From Octopus bimaculoides (Eukaryota), in contig NC_068990.1 in the NCBI RefSeq assembly GCF_001194135.2, forward strand, positions 67,861,507 to 67,925,506: 64,000 nucleotides of DNA, written 5' to 3'. This document shows, piece after piece, positions 1 through 12,672 of the stretch. The position numbers were made by a program, and so were the translations under genes. Position 1 is the stretch's first letter; the number at the start of each line of letters is the position of its first letter. The notes under the pieces are model-generated. The model did not search any database. It saw only the letters and a program-made list of their open reading frames with translations, and was not told the DNA's origin.

Positions 1-71
1 ATATATATATGTATATATATATATATGTATATATTTATATATTTATATACGTATATATATGTATATATCTA

Positions 72-102
<31 letters not shown>

Positions 103-165
103 ATGTGTATATGTATTTACATATGTATGTAGATATATACTTACATATGTATATATATATATATA
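1..165. repeat. Degenerate (TA)n/(TATG)n microsatellite
   Basis: Directly visible; it explains the YI-rich ORF 9..245. Confidence 0.95.
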
Positions 166-655
166 ATGATAATAACAAGAACATCAGCAACAACAACGAG
201 AAGAAGAAGAAGAAGAGTGAAGACGGTGGGAGAACAGGTATATGAAATCATTAGACATTATTTTTGGCACATATAAAATACCATTTATGCCTCTAATTTA
301 TAATTGGCAATTATATACCATTTGGGCAAGAGTAAAAGGAATGGGTTTGTTATATTCTTACTTATTTTACTCATATTTTACAAGATTTTCCTAGCTCTAA
401 ATTTACATTAAATTTTTTCTCTGAAGTTATTTTTACTAAATATACATTTTATAGCTGTAGCTGAATGTTAACATTTGAAAGGTTAAAGATAATGATGCTG
501 ATGGTAATATGGATGATTTATAATTAGTTTAAAGCCATTGGCTAGTAGAGTAGAGAAATTTGCTCAAGGACAGATGTCAATTGCAGTTTATTTATACACA
601 CTAACAACCAGAACATGTCAAAAATCTAACATCTTACCTGTTCACCAGTTTCAGA

Positions 656-658
<3 letters not shown>

Positions 659-725
<67 letters not shown>

Positions 726-770
726 GTAATAATAATAATAATGATGATGATGATGATGTTGATGATAAGT
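659..770. repeat. Compound (AAT)n-(GAT)n microsatellite
   Basis: Directly visible; it explains the poly-L and poly-Y ORFs. Confidence 0.95.
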
Positions 771-999
771 GAAAACATGAAACAACAATAATAATGGTAA
801 TAAAAATTGCTTCAGATTTTGGCATATGGCTAGCAACAGTAGAGATAATATGCTAGTCAAATCAGTCAATCTCTGTACTTGACAGGTACTCGATTTTATA
901 AATCCTAGAAGATGAAGGATAAGGGAAATCCAGGGAACAGGAATGAGAGAAGGAGAGGAAGCTCATTTATAGCTATCATGCAATGTCAAGATTAGGAGC

Positions 1000-1180
1000 C
1001 ACACTCACATTCACATATGCAAAGGGCTTCTTTCAGTTTCCTCAACTAAATTCATTCATAAGGCTTTGGTTAGTCCAAGGCTATAGTAGAAGACACCCAA
1101 GGTAATACACAATAGGACTGAACCTGAGATCATGTGGTTGGGAAACAAAGTAAACTTCTTAACCACACAGCCATGACTGT
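1000..1180 (-). mobile_element. tRNA-derived SINE family A, 5' half
   Basis: Matches copies at 4932-5297 and 45475-45900 (ttctttcagtttcc...aaggctttggt...ctatagtagaagacac...gactgaacc...accacacagcc). Confidence 0.8.
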
Positions 1181-1358
1181 ACCCAAGCCATGTTTGTGTC
1201 TGTTGTAATCTGTATAATACTCAGAACTTGACAATGATAAAAGACTATTTTTTTTTACCAAAGTGTGACATAGATGCAGACAGAAAACTGAGACTGTTAA
1301 GGGTGAGCATGGAAACAACAGATTGAGTCAATATGCTAAAGAAATGATATTTCCTTAA

Positions 1359-3081
1359 CCCTTTAGTTTTCATATTAATCTGTCAAATGTAATGCTCATT
1401 TGCTCACATTATTTTGAATTATTCAGGTTCAAGAAGAGTGTCCACAATATTTGCTTGTAACTTTGTTAATTTTTTACATACAGATTTAAAATTTTGTTAG
1501 TGGGGGTTTATATACCAATAGTTTATAGTTATGTAATTTTTGCTGATATTTCTGATTAAATTTGACTTTTATGGGAAAGTAAATTTAATTAAGAGGTGTA
1601 AAAACAATAACATTATGGATAAACACTAAAATTGAAATTCTTAATGCATCTTACCTGATTTATTTGTTACTAAAATTATCCCAGATGTCAACTGCCAGCA
1701 ATTTTGCCACTTTTCAAGATGAGGTACATTAATTTGAATTAATTAAAACATAGGTATAATTGGTACAAGATTTCATTCTTTCTCTAGATTTCATTCAAAC
1801 GTTTTCATTGAAAATAAAGTCTTTTACAAAACTCTTTTACTAGTCAATATACCACTGGCTATGTACTCTTATAGAATTTAATGAATACATTCACATAACA
1901 GAATGCATAAAATAAAAAAGTTCATTAACAGGTGAGACAAAGGTGAAAATTAATATGTATTACTCACTTTCACATATTATTTGTAATAAAATGAAAGGAA
2001 TATATGATAGTATTACTACTAAAAAACAAATCATAGTTATGCCATATTTCTATCATGACACTGTCCAAGAGCACTTTGCAAAATGAACACAAATGTGAGG
2101 TTTTGACCTGATATCTTTTTGCAGTTTTCTTTTTTGCAGTGAACACAGTCTGCAAAGTTTTTTTCCTTCCATTTATTTTTTCCACTTTATGGAGGTCAAT
2201 ATTTTCTCTGTTGACATCCACCTCAGTTAATTTTGCTTTTCTCAACAGTTCTGTGCTTTCTGGAAGGAAAGCCCTCACATAACTGAGATGTGATGTCAAC
2301 ACGAAATTTCAAATAGTCATAGGAAGAGGTACCTTGTGGCTTTTTACATAAACAATATATGAATTAACTACAGTTAGGCATAATGCTGGAGATATATGGA
2401 TTGCCATACCTTATATCAGGACTCAAATAGTTCCACAGTTGAGGAAGCTGTTTGATACCAAACATAATGTTTATAGTAAAAAAAGCTTGCATTTCCACAG
2501 AATCAGTTGGCTGCCAAAGTGGATTGGGTCTTCCATGAATAAATTATGCATTGACCATATTTATTTGTTTCCTCTACAACAATTTCAAAAAATAAAGATA
2601 AATATTCCAATGGCTGAGCATGGGGAGGTAGACTATGCTGTGGACTAGTCTTTTCTGTGAAATCAGGAATTGTGTGTGGTTGAGGTAGTAATCTTCAACC
2701 ATGGTGCCATAATGTTTACAATATCATTTTCATCACTTTCATCATCAAAATCTTCCTCGTCGAGTGAAGATTCATAAATATCAATGTCCGATTCATCTGA
2801 AGACAAATCACTGTTGTTTTTGTTTATATTTTGTACATCATCAAGAGTAAAACTTTCGAAGTTCAAGTTACTACTTGCTGATGCCATATCATTAAAAACT
2901 AAGATGTACTTGAATAAAGGCAGGGAAAGGCTTTATCTCACATGATCTCAAAGCTATAAGAATTCAATAACGGGATTTGTTTATTTCTTTAGTGATTTCA
3001 TACAGGACTCAGTACGGCCAAATTTGACCAGTTCAAACAAATGAAGGGGAATTATTTTCAGTTGGCCTGAATGCTAAAGGG
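1359..3081 (-). mobile_element. Internally deleted piggyBac transposon (PGBD4-like)
   Basis: TTAA at 1355-1358 and 3082-3085, with CCCTTTAG...CTAAAGGG termini. The minus strand encodes an acidic N-terminus (2887-2663), then PDFTEKTSP..LP..AQPLEYLSLFFEIVVEETNKY and WQPTDSVEMQAFF..IMFGIKQLPQLWNY..., then jumps to the C-terminal YLKFRVDITSQLCEGFPSRK and a frameshifted Cys-rich tail (CRLC...CSFCKV). Confidence 0.9.
1970..2887 (-). pseudogene. piggyBac transposase remnant lacking the DDD catalytic core
   Basis: N-terminal and C-terminal piggyBac motifs are joined near 2350-2380; frameshifts and stops are present. Confidence 0.85.
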
Positions 3082-4440
3082 TTAAACAAGAATAGAGTCT
3101 ATAGTGTATCCATTATGTATTTCTGATTATATTTGATATCCACAGTAACCAAGTTGAAGCAATAATTTGGTTCATATATGGCTTTTTTTAGTCAAGTCTA
3201 TATGATCTAAACAGAAGGTTTGTGAAGCATTGCAAAAGGAAGTAACATCTTTGGAAGCCACTTGAGATGTTTTTGTGACTAAGTAAAAGATATTTGTGGA
3301 ATACATGTTGGCCACCAGGAGCTATTATCACATCATCTAGCCCTGGTGAAGATGGATCATATGTGAATGCAAATCTAATATATGCAAATAATGTATGCAC
3401 TTAAAATACCTTTAGATTAAAATGCTAGTGTATATAACATTTATAGTGTGTATATCGACAAGGAAAAGCACTTAAAAAATACTACAAATAGCATAGTTTA
3501 CCACTTGTACACTTATGGTAAATGTTACACATGTCCAGTATAAATATATGTGGTCCCAAATTATGACCAAGTACAGTGGGTACTTATCAACACTTAGAGT
3601 TGGGATAACCAAATCATAGACAGGCAGTGGAATGTGACTGTGGGGAATTTAGATGGTGCCTAACTAGCAGAGTCATTTGAGAGTAAGACAGAATATCTCA
3701 CAGTGTTTGTTCTGATTCTCTACAATCTGTATTCAATCCTATTGATACCCACCTATCTTACATTCTTATGAGAATAAAAAAGAAGTAATCCAAGGTTGTG
3801 GATTGGTAGAGTTGTTAAATGGTAAATGTAGCAGTATGTGTTCCAGCACTTTGCATTCCTATAATGACACTGGCACCAAACTGTATCAACCCAAGTCAGC
3901 ACCTTTGCTTTGGACAATGTCCAATGGTATAGAGGAAAAGACCTTCATGCATAGCCAAATTCCTGCCTTCCACAGTAAACACCTTACATATGCATGTACA
4001 TCCTGACTGAAGGAGGCCCTTAGAAAGGAGAACATCTATGATGATGGAACTAACATGTTGAGAAATGGGTTGACAATAAATCATCAAGATACAGAAGGCA
4101 AGATATGAATATAGGTGTCGTGTATCTACTATCATAAGAAATATTTAGGGAAACTGGAGCAAAGAAAGAGAAACAAAAGTTTCATGTGCTTTACATTTCT
4201 ACACATTTCATGATAGTATTTCTGGGTAGAACAAAGAGGGCCATATCAACAAATGGGAAGTTCCACAAGACACATTAAATCATGTACTGGAGACAGAGCA
4301 ATATAGTATAGCAAAAGAAAAAAATATTAAAAGAAAAAGAAATAATAATAAAAAGTGAAATACTTGTAGAGGCGGAATATAGCTATTTGAATTAACCAAG
4401 CATATTACTGGTATTTACTTTCTTTATCATCAGGGTTTAA

Positions 4441-4661
4441 CTCTTTAGCATTCAGATTACTTTGTCAAATGCAATGCTTATTTATTCACATTGTTTGAAA
4501 TTTATCATTCATTGTCTTCTAGCTTCAATATTTTGATGTTGTGATTATATATTTTTTAGAATGACATTGTAGGGTACATGTGAGAGACCAGATCGGTCTG
4601 GTCTAAACATAAAACTGGTAAATATCTGGAGCTGGAAATGGCCAGTTTAAATGGTAAAAGG
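4441..4661. mobile_element. piggyBac-type MITE (221 bp)
   Basis: TTAA on both sides (4437-4440, 4662-4665); termini CTCTTTAGCATTCAG / TAAATGGTAAAAGG. The first ~65 bp resemble 1359-1425. Confidence 0.8.
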
Positions 4662-4896
4662 TTAAAGCTAGTTGGGTGAATGGTAAAACCACGTCGGCTG
4701 AATTTGGTATGTTAATTAAATAAGCTTCAATAAATTACCATAAGTTATTATGGGCAATAAATATTAATGGTACATACTCATTATTATGATATTATTAATA
4801 ATGATATTAACTCATTATTATAGCCATATCAAAGGAGAAGGAAATTAGTAGAAAGAAACATGAACATACAGAGAAACAGTTTAAACATGACTGTAA

Positions 4897-4931
<35 letters not shown>

Positions 4932-4934
<3 letters not shown>

Positions 4935-5063
4935 TTTTATTATTCTATTCTTTTACTTGTTTCAGTCATTTGACTGCAGCTATAATGGAGCACTGCTTTT
5001 ATTCAAACAAATCGACCTGATGACTTACTCTTTGTAAGCCTGGTACTTATTCTNNNNNNNNNN

Positions 5064-5127
<64 letters not shown>

Positions 5128-5297
5128 ACATATATACAACAGACTTCTTTCAGTTTCCATCTACCAAATCTACTCACAAGGCTTTCGTTGGCCTGAGGCT
5201 ACAGAAGAAGACACTTGCCCAAGGTGCCATGGAGTGGGACTGAACCAAGAACCAAGTGGTTAGGAAGCAAGCTTCTTACCACACAGTCACTCCTGCA
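4932..5297 (-). mobile_element. SINE family A, near full length, with an internal (CA)/(TA) microsatellite and a gap
   Basis: Collinear with 45475-45900: tRNA-like head at the right end, (TTCTT)-type tail at the left. Confidence 0.85.
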
Positions 5298-7461
5298 TTA
5301 ATTTACATTAATTTTAATACCATTTGCATTGAAATCCATAATTAGAAAATGTACTCCACTGTCAAATAGAATAACTTCCAGTGTACTATCCTAAAGAATA
5401 AAGGAAATTATGAAATATAACACACACTAAAAGTGGGAGACATTAACGGCTCTGAGGTGAAAAGAAGTTATTAAATTTTTGTTATAAAAGAATTGTAGCA
5501 CAAAAGGTTCAGATTGACAGAGAAACGGAAATGGAAAAGTGTGACTTGTCTGTTTTTTTCCAAGAATATTAGCAAAGTAATTAACTTATATATAAATAAA
5601 ATCTTAGAATTACAGAAGAGAGAAATAACTTATGATATTTTGTAATTTTTGCCAAGAATATTAACAAAGTAACTAATACAAGGTCATGAATTCCATTCAC
5701 TGAGAAAATGGTGCCATTCAAATTGTATTTGTAAGAAAAGTAATGATATGTATCCAGGCAAAAAATATCAATTAGAACAATTCTTTATTTTGGCACGAAG
5801 TCTTAGACAAGTAGAGCTAAATATTAGAACCTAGTGCAGCAGCTACAGTGGAATATATAATCATAACTGGGAAGATGTTAATTACATGGGTGTGTTGTGT
5901 GCATGTTTGAGTGTGTGCATGCACATGTGCACACGTGTATGCATAGGAGGTGCATGCGTGTCTGTGTGCTTGTACAGGTAACTATTTAATTAAAATTCAT
6001 GCTATAATTTCAAGTAGATATTAAAATGGATACTAATGATTGCTGATGAATATGAAGCAGAAGCAAGACATTCCACTTCACATTTGCAGAAAGGTTGCAA
6101 GTATTCGCTGAAATACTTTTTTGAAACTATCATAATCAATTTAATTATATAACTGTCCCTTTCCTACTTACGCACACTCACAACCCCTCATAATAACATA
6201 ACAAAAAAAAAAATTTTACACAAGTGCATATCAAGAAATTATAATGTAATAAATTTAGTAACATAGTAGAGTGCTTTGATTCCCTGCCAGTGTCATTATC
6301 GTAACCATTTTTATATTATTACTCCTTATTCATATCAACCTTTGCAATATATTTATTTTCATACTTCCTTAATTTTTTTTGAATTTAAATATTTGCCGTA
6401 AGTAAACCTGAAATCAAGTGTTACAAAGACAAAAGTTTAAAATTTTTGCACAAGGCCAGTAATTTTAAGAGAGAAGGTAAGTTGATCACATTGATCCTCA
6501 GTGTTCGAATGGTAATTATTTCGATGACACCAAAGAGTTGAAAGGCAAACCTGACTTTGGTAAAGTTTCAATTCAGAACACAGAGAGCTGGAAGAAATGC
6601 TTCTAAGCATTTTGTTGGGCTCACTAACCATTGAACCAGCTTGCCACCTTAAGAGTTACAAGAACGATATAGCATGAACTCATAGGGTGATATTGTTATA
6701 TTTCGGAAGAGTTGTCCTTTCCAATAATAATAGTATGGTTTCATTGTGATTTCTGTTTCATTCTTTGCTACTAGAATTGAAATCTTTTATCACAATGTTG
6801 TTACCTGTTCAATGGTTCTGTTCAAACTCTTCATTAATATTTACACAGCTAAACAAAGGAGATCAGCCAACAACTCGCATGATTGTTATGACACACTTTG
6901 ATACTTATAATCAAATAATGTGTTGAACATTGACAAGGATAACTTTTTCAAATTATACCAAAGTAGATATAATATATTTCAGTAAAACTCATAACTCGAA
7001 ATGAAATAATTTGTCGTGTGTGTATTTGTATCATTTAACAAATTTCCTTCTTTACGAATAGAGAATAAAAGAAGGTATCTATGTATATATATATAGATAG
7101 ATAAATAGACAAAAAGACAGAATAGGTAGATAGACAGAAGAGATAGACCTCAATATTATTGAAAATAGAAGAATCTATCTATTGAATAATACAGTTAGAG
7201 ATACTCCCATACATAACTTCAAGTTTCTGTGCAAAGAATATGCCGAAGAAGTGCTTATATATATATATGTGTGTACAGATGTATATGTGTATATAATATA
7301 TATTTCAGATACATAGTAGAAGGTAGTTTATTAACAATATTTTGACTGTAACTTAGGTTTGTCATTAATGGTTCATTCAATAAGCCATTAGAGAAAAAAG
7401 CATAAGGTCCCAGTCAAATCATCATGATACATATGTAGGTATGTATCATTATCATCATCCT

Positions 7462-7502
<41 letters not shown>

Positions 7503-7519
7503 TTAGTAACAATAATAAT

Positions 7520-7740
7520 AATAATCCTTTCTATTATAGGCACAAGGCTCGAAATATGTGGCAAGTGGGTAAGTTGATTACATTGATCACAATGCGTAAC
7601 TCGTACTTATTTAATTGGCCCTGACAGGATGAAAGGCAAAGTAGACCTCGGCAGAATTTGAACCTAGAATGTGAAGACAGATTAAATACTGCTAAACATT
7701 TCACCTGACATGCTAATGATTCTCCCTGCTCACTGCCTTC
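7520..7740 (-). mobile_element. tRNA-derived SINE family B flanked by (AAT)n
   Basis: Matches the family B motif (gatgaaaggcaaagt.gacctcggcagaatttgaac) seen in about 20 copies in the window. Confidence 0.8.
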
Positions 7741-7877
7741 ATAATAATAAGTACAATATTATAGTTTCATAATACACAAATTACAAATTGGTAATTCATG
7801 TGACATAAGCCATCAATGATACAAAAATAATATACCCACTTTATTACCAAATGCATGAATGTCTACTTTTTTACTGA

Positions 7878-7920
<43 letters not shown>

Positions 7921-7988
7921 ATATATATGTAATATATATATATATGTACATATACATATAATATATATAATATATATAATACATATAA

Positions 7989-8032
<44 letters not shown>

Positions 8033-8134
8033 ACATATATAATATATAGTATACGTATATAATATATTATATCATATATATGATATAATATATATAATAT
8101 ATAATATTACATATATAATATAAATAATATATAT

Positions 8135-8646
8135 NNNNNNNNNNNNNNNNNNNNNNNNNNNNNNNNNNNNNNNNNNNNNNNNNNNNNNNNNNNNNNNNNN
8201 NNNNNNNNNNNNNNNNNNNNNNNNNNNNNNNNNNNNNNNNNNNNNNNNNNNNNNNNNNNNNNNNNNNNNNNNNNNNNNNNNNNNNNNNNNNNNNNNNNNN
8301 NNNNNNNNNNNNNNNNNNNNNNNNNNNNNNNNNNNNNNNNNNNNNNNNNNNNNNNNNNNNNNNNNNNNNNNNNNNNNNNNNNNNNNNNNNNNNNNNNNNN
8401 NNNNNNNNNNNNNNNNNNNNNNNNNNNNNNNNNNNNNNNNNNNNNNNNNNNNNNNNNNNNNNNNNNNNNNNNNNNNNNNNNNNNNNNNNNNNNNNNNNNN
8501 NNNNNNNNNNNNNNNNNNNNNNNNNNNNNNNNNNNNNNNNNNNNNNNNNNNNNNNNNNNNNNNNNNNNNNNNNNNNNNNNNNNNNNNNNNNNNNNNNNNN
8601 NNNNNNNNNNNNNNNNNNNNNNNNNNNNNNNNNNNNNNNNNNNNNN
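8135..8646. other. Assembly gap flanked by (TA)n; other gaps at 5054-5063, 13796-14440, 15160-15206, 34719-35073, 56044-56111, 59401-59440, 61677-62072
   Basis: Runs of N, each next to a TA/CA microsatellite on at least one side. Confidence 0.99.
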
Positions 8647-9749
8647 TATATATATATATAGATATATATATAGATATATTTATTGTAAACAATAAAACAC
8701 AAAAGCTATTAACATTTCAAAGGAACTATAAAACTCTAATTTTAGGTTGTTATAAACTGATTGATGGCTGCAGAATAACTGATGACAGCTTCATTGCTTT
8801 GTTTCTTTCTATCCGTTTTTACTTGTAAATTTTTCTCTGTTTCATAAGATGTTTAATTTAGTTAAATTCATTTGCCTTACATCATGTCATGCTGATAATT
8901 TCTAATAAGAATAAAATGGTGCAATTCATGATTATCCACCACTAGAAAGTTTAAGGTATATAAATGTGTAAAGAAGAAGGAGTCAATTATGTATATTCTG
9001 TCCATCTTCTTTCTTTGTGTTTGATTTAAAATTAAAATTACTAATCATGTGAGGACTTATTTAGAAATGATTATTTCCCTCACAATAACTGGTCTCCAGG
9101 ACACACCATGAGTTTCTATGCTATATAAATGAAACATAAGTTGAAAACACCAGGCAACAATTCAGGATAGAAAATATATTTTTTGTTTTAAGTATATCTT
9201 TGGGTGAAAAAGCAAGGTGACAAAGACAAAAGTTTGTGATGTAGTAATAAGTAGTCCCACAGAGCTTGAGACAGTCAGGGATTTTATTTGAGAATGGATA
9301 GAATCACAGCAACAGCAACAATAATATTGGTAAAAAAACAAGAAAGGTAAAAGCATTCTGCATAACATTCATGCATTAATGTAAACATTATTGTAACTGA
9401 ACATGCTACCTTAATCAAAAATTCTAGAAGAAAAACTAATTTATTTTTAAATTATACATTTTTTTTAGAGAGTAAATAGAAGGAAAAAAGCACACATATT
9501 TGCCAAAAAAAGTTGGTCAAGTCTGGAGTATTAATGATACTATCTGTTGTTGTAGTCATAATAAATATTTCTTTATTAACTTTAAGTGTGTGAAAGTTTG
9601 TGATGAGTGTCTTTTTAAGCATTAACAAAGCAATGATTATGCAGTGTGTTAAGAACTAATGAAAAAAGAAATGTTGATAACGATAGAAAAGGTGCAGGAT
9701 GGTTGTGTAGATGATGAGTTAGTAAAAGCTAGTAGAATTGCATACTTAC

Positions 9750-9761
9750 GGCTTTTAGGTT
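9750..9761 (-). CDS. Candidate 12-nt microexon (AACCTAAAAGCC; E-P-K-S-x in phase 1)
   Basis: Minus strand reads ...cttcccttaatttgcag|AACCTAAAAGCC|gtaagtatg, with a long U-rich tract upstream. Length is a multiple of 3. No transcript evidence. Confidence 0.45.
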
Positions 9762-11529
9762 CTGCAAATTAAGGGAAGTTTCACAGAATTATAAGTAACT
9801 TCAAACAAACAAGCCAACAAATAACAAAAGTTAAAAGTGGAGAAAAAAACAAAAAACAAAAAACATCATCAAACAGCTTAAATTTGGAACTACAAAATTC
9901 AAAAATTAGTTTTAATGTCTCATGGCAAAATTTTGTATATAAACTCAAATATTTTCATCTTATCTTATGGTTTTGGAAACCTTACATATTCTGAAAAATT
10001 TCTTACATTTAGCAAATATATATATATATATATTTAGTTTAAAAATTTCAAATTCCAAATACTTGTTCATATTTTATGAAATTTTACGCAACTTTAATAT
10101 TTCATAGAATTTATACTTGAAAAATTTCATGTTTTGACATAAATCTCACACTAAATAAAATTTCTAACATTTCATATGTTCCAAGCAATGTAACTAATAG
10201 ATTGGCTCAAACATTTAACTTTTCTGCTTCTTGAGGATTGTTTTTACAATTATGTTATCAAATAAAGATTAATTAGTTACTTTGTGAGTGTTAGAGAAAT
10301 CGTTGTTGTAAAGATGTATATTTATTTCTGAAGGTTAGCGATAAGTTTTTTTCTAACAATGAAAATGTGACTGTAAACTCAACTCAGTAAAATCATAATA
10401 CCTTATCACTACACTTGCAAGTAATATTCCAAGAATTTCATATAATTTATTGAAAATTTACATAAAATTTCAAATATTTATGAGAAATGTCTATTGATCT
10501 CTGTGAACTTCAAAATGCACATATTGAAAAGGGATCAAAGTTTGTACACAAGAGTTTCTTTTTAAGATAGAAACCCTACTTTAAATGATACAGTATTAAT
10601 CAAAAGATCCTCTGCTGAAGCATAGAAAATGTCACCATAATGTAATGCGGCAGAGAAATACTTGACCAACTTTTCTTAACAGTAATATATATAAATATAT
10701 ACACACTTTATCAAAGAATGTACATACAAGCGAGAATAAGAAAAAGTGACAGTCTGGCAAGAATTGAACCGATATCTCTTAGTTATTGCTTAAGCAGACT
10801 ACCAATTGTTCTCAGTGATTTACAGTAACTGTTCTGAACTTATAAGCCAATATGTATAACACTAAAAAACATTGCATTTTACCATGAGTAAAACATCTTG
10901 CAGGTGACATATGCTACCTAGATAAACTGACTTTATATTTGATTTCAGTATAAATACATCAGATTATAAACTAATCTGCTTGTAATTCCCTGAGATAATT
11001 AAAAATATTTTACAATTTATTAAGCAAGGATTTAGAAAGTAGAGTTTAAATAAGAAAATATGAGGTGGTAATAACAGTCAAACTAAGCTTTCACAATATT
11101 CTAGTGTTTTATACTTTTTGTTTATATACAGTCTTATTTTATATATTCATTGAAACAATGTTGGTTCAATAGAGAATATATTAGTTAGTATATAGGTTTA
11201 ATATATGAGAATTTACAAACAAAACACACTGAAAAGGAATTTTTCTGAAAATCACACTCTCTGCCACACTTCAAGTAATTTTTTTTCAACATAAAAGCAA
11301 ACCAAATAAACAGCATAACAAAGCAAAGGTATTTGTAGTAGGTGCAAAGGGGCTTTTGTCATGAAATAAATATTTGTGAACTCCCACTTATCTGACTTAT
11401 ACCTTCTTTTCTTCCTGCACAGACACACACAAAAATTCAAATATACACTCTCTATAGAAATAGCTTGCTGATTCAGATACACATAATAATAAACACATGC
11501 ATGAATGTGTATAAGTAATTTTGATTCAC

Positions 11530-11607
11530 CATCTGTAACTCCTCTTGGGATTAGATAATCCTCTAATACAGTGTTTATCCATGTAGCTTCAGCATGCACC
11601 ATCTCAG
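11530..11607 (-). CDS. Candidate 78-nt phase 1-1 internal exon (xEMVHAEATWINTVLEDYLIPRGVTD)
   Basis: ttagttttccag| acceptor and GATG|gtgaat donor; open frame with a protein-like, non-repetitive sequence. I do not recognise the protein. Confidence 0.4.
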
Positions 11608-11949
11608 CTGGAAAACTAATTTAATGATTGTGCTAACATAAGCCTCCATTCATGTATACCTTCAACTACCAGCTCATAGCACTCACAGGGCATAATCCAT
11701 CTTTTAAACATACACTAACATGACCCAGCACTTACATCTGATGGATGACTTAACCAATGCTTCTTGGATTCATTTATTTTAGCATTTTATTTTTAATCAT
11801 CTTTTTTTCATCACAACAATTTGAAGTCTCCTAACCTCATGTATTTAAAAAATTCCAATCCGAAGCCTATTTTTATTATTTGTCTTCTCTCTGCACCCCT
11901 ATATATTAAATTTTGCACTTTAACTTGTAAGCTGCATCTCCACTTCTCA

Positions 11950-12200
11950 TTAAACAACCTCTTGCTTCATACCACTAATATTGCACCTCTCTCTCTCTAT
12001 CATTTGTAAATACTTCATGTAATATTCATTTTACGAACATATTCTTAAAGATCTCTTTATTCCCATGCACTCTTGTATTCTATAAATCTCAAATGCTTCA
12101 AACTTTTTATCAATGTTATACACCATTTCCTCCTTATCTACGACCTTCATCTCCCATTGTCTATCATGCCTTCTCTCTGCTTTAGGCAATGAACAAATAT
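11950..12200 (-). mobile_element. Possible highly decayed RTE-type LINE fragment
   Basis: The translation DKKFEAFEIY...NE.. resembles the RTE post-RT motif KIEAFEMW...NEEVL; the match is weak. Confidence 0.3.
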
Positions 12201-12623
12201 CATTTTCTACTAACACAACACTTAAAGATAGTCTCCTTGAGAAAATTAAAACAATAACATACACAGCACAGAAAATCAGAGACATAAACATGATTTTACT
12301 GCCGAAAAAGCTGTTATTTTAACCAAAAGAAACTACATTTCTTCCTCAATAGCTAGGATAATACTATTAGGTACTATCAGATATAGCAAATTAGTGATGC
12401 TGGAAGGCAGGACATAGTTATGGAGGAGGGTACTAAAACTATTTAGAAGATGGTTAGTACAGTAAAAAAAAAAAAATAACACCATTCAAAACACAGTATC
12501 AAAACTGAATCATTGATTCTCTTTGATGCAATTCTAATTTGCATAATTCTCTAACTATAATCATAAATCATAATTTCACCCAATGAGGCATGCAAAAACA
12601 ATAACATAAATAATAATTGAAAG

Positions 12624-12672
<49 letters not shown>

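Noticed and set aside
1655-1740. Strong minus-strand donor CAG|gtaaga with a short open frame
   Set aside because: It lies inside the piggyBac 3' region and has no acceptor. The donor near 638 likewise has only (TTA)n upstream.
8067-8702. Long ORFs of 160-324 aa (also 13684-14658 and 61542-62099)
   Set aside because: They are open only because they run through N gaps and (TA)n repeats.
8881-8901. 21-nt microexon-like segment on the minus strand
   Set aside because: The only open frame is phase 2, which is incompatible with the phase-1 candidates, and the donor context is weak.
9986-9990. 5-nt cag|AATAT|gtaagg segment on the minus strand
   Set aside because: It does not preserve frame and is expected by chance in AT-rich DNA.
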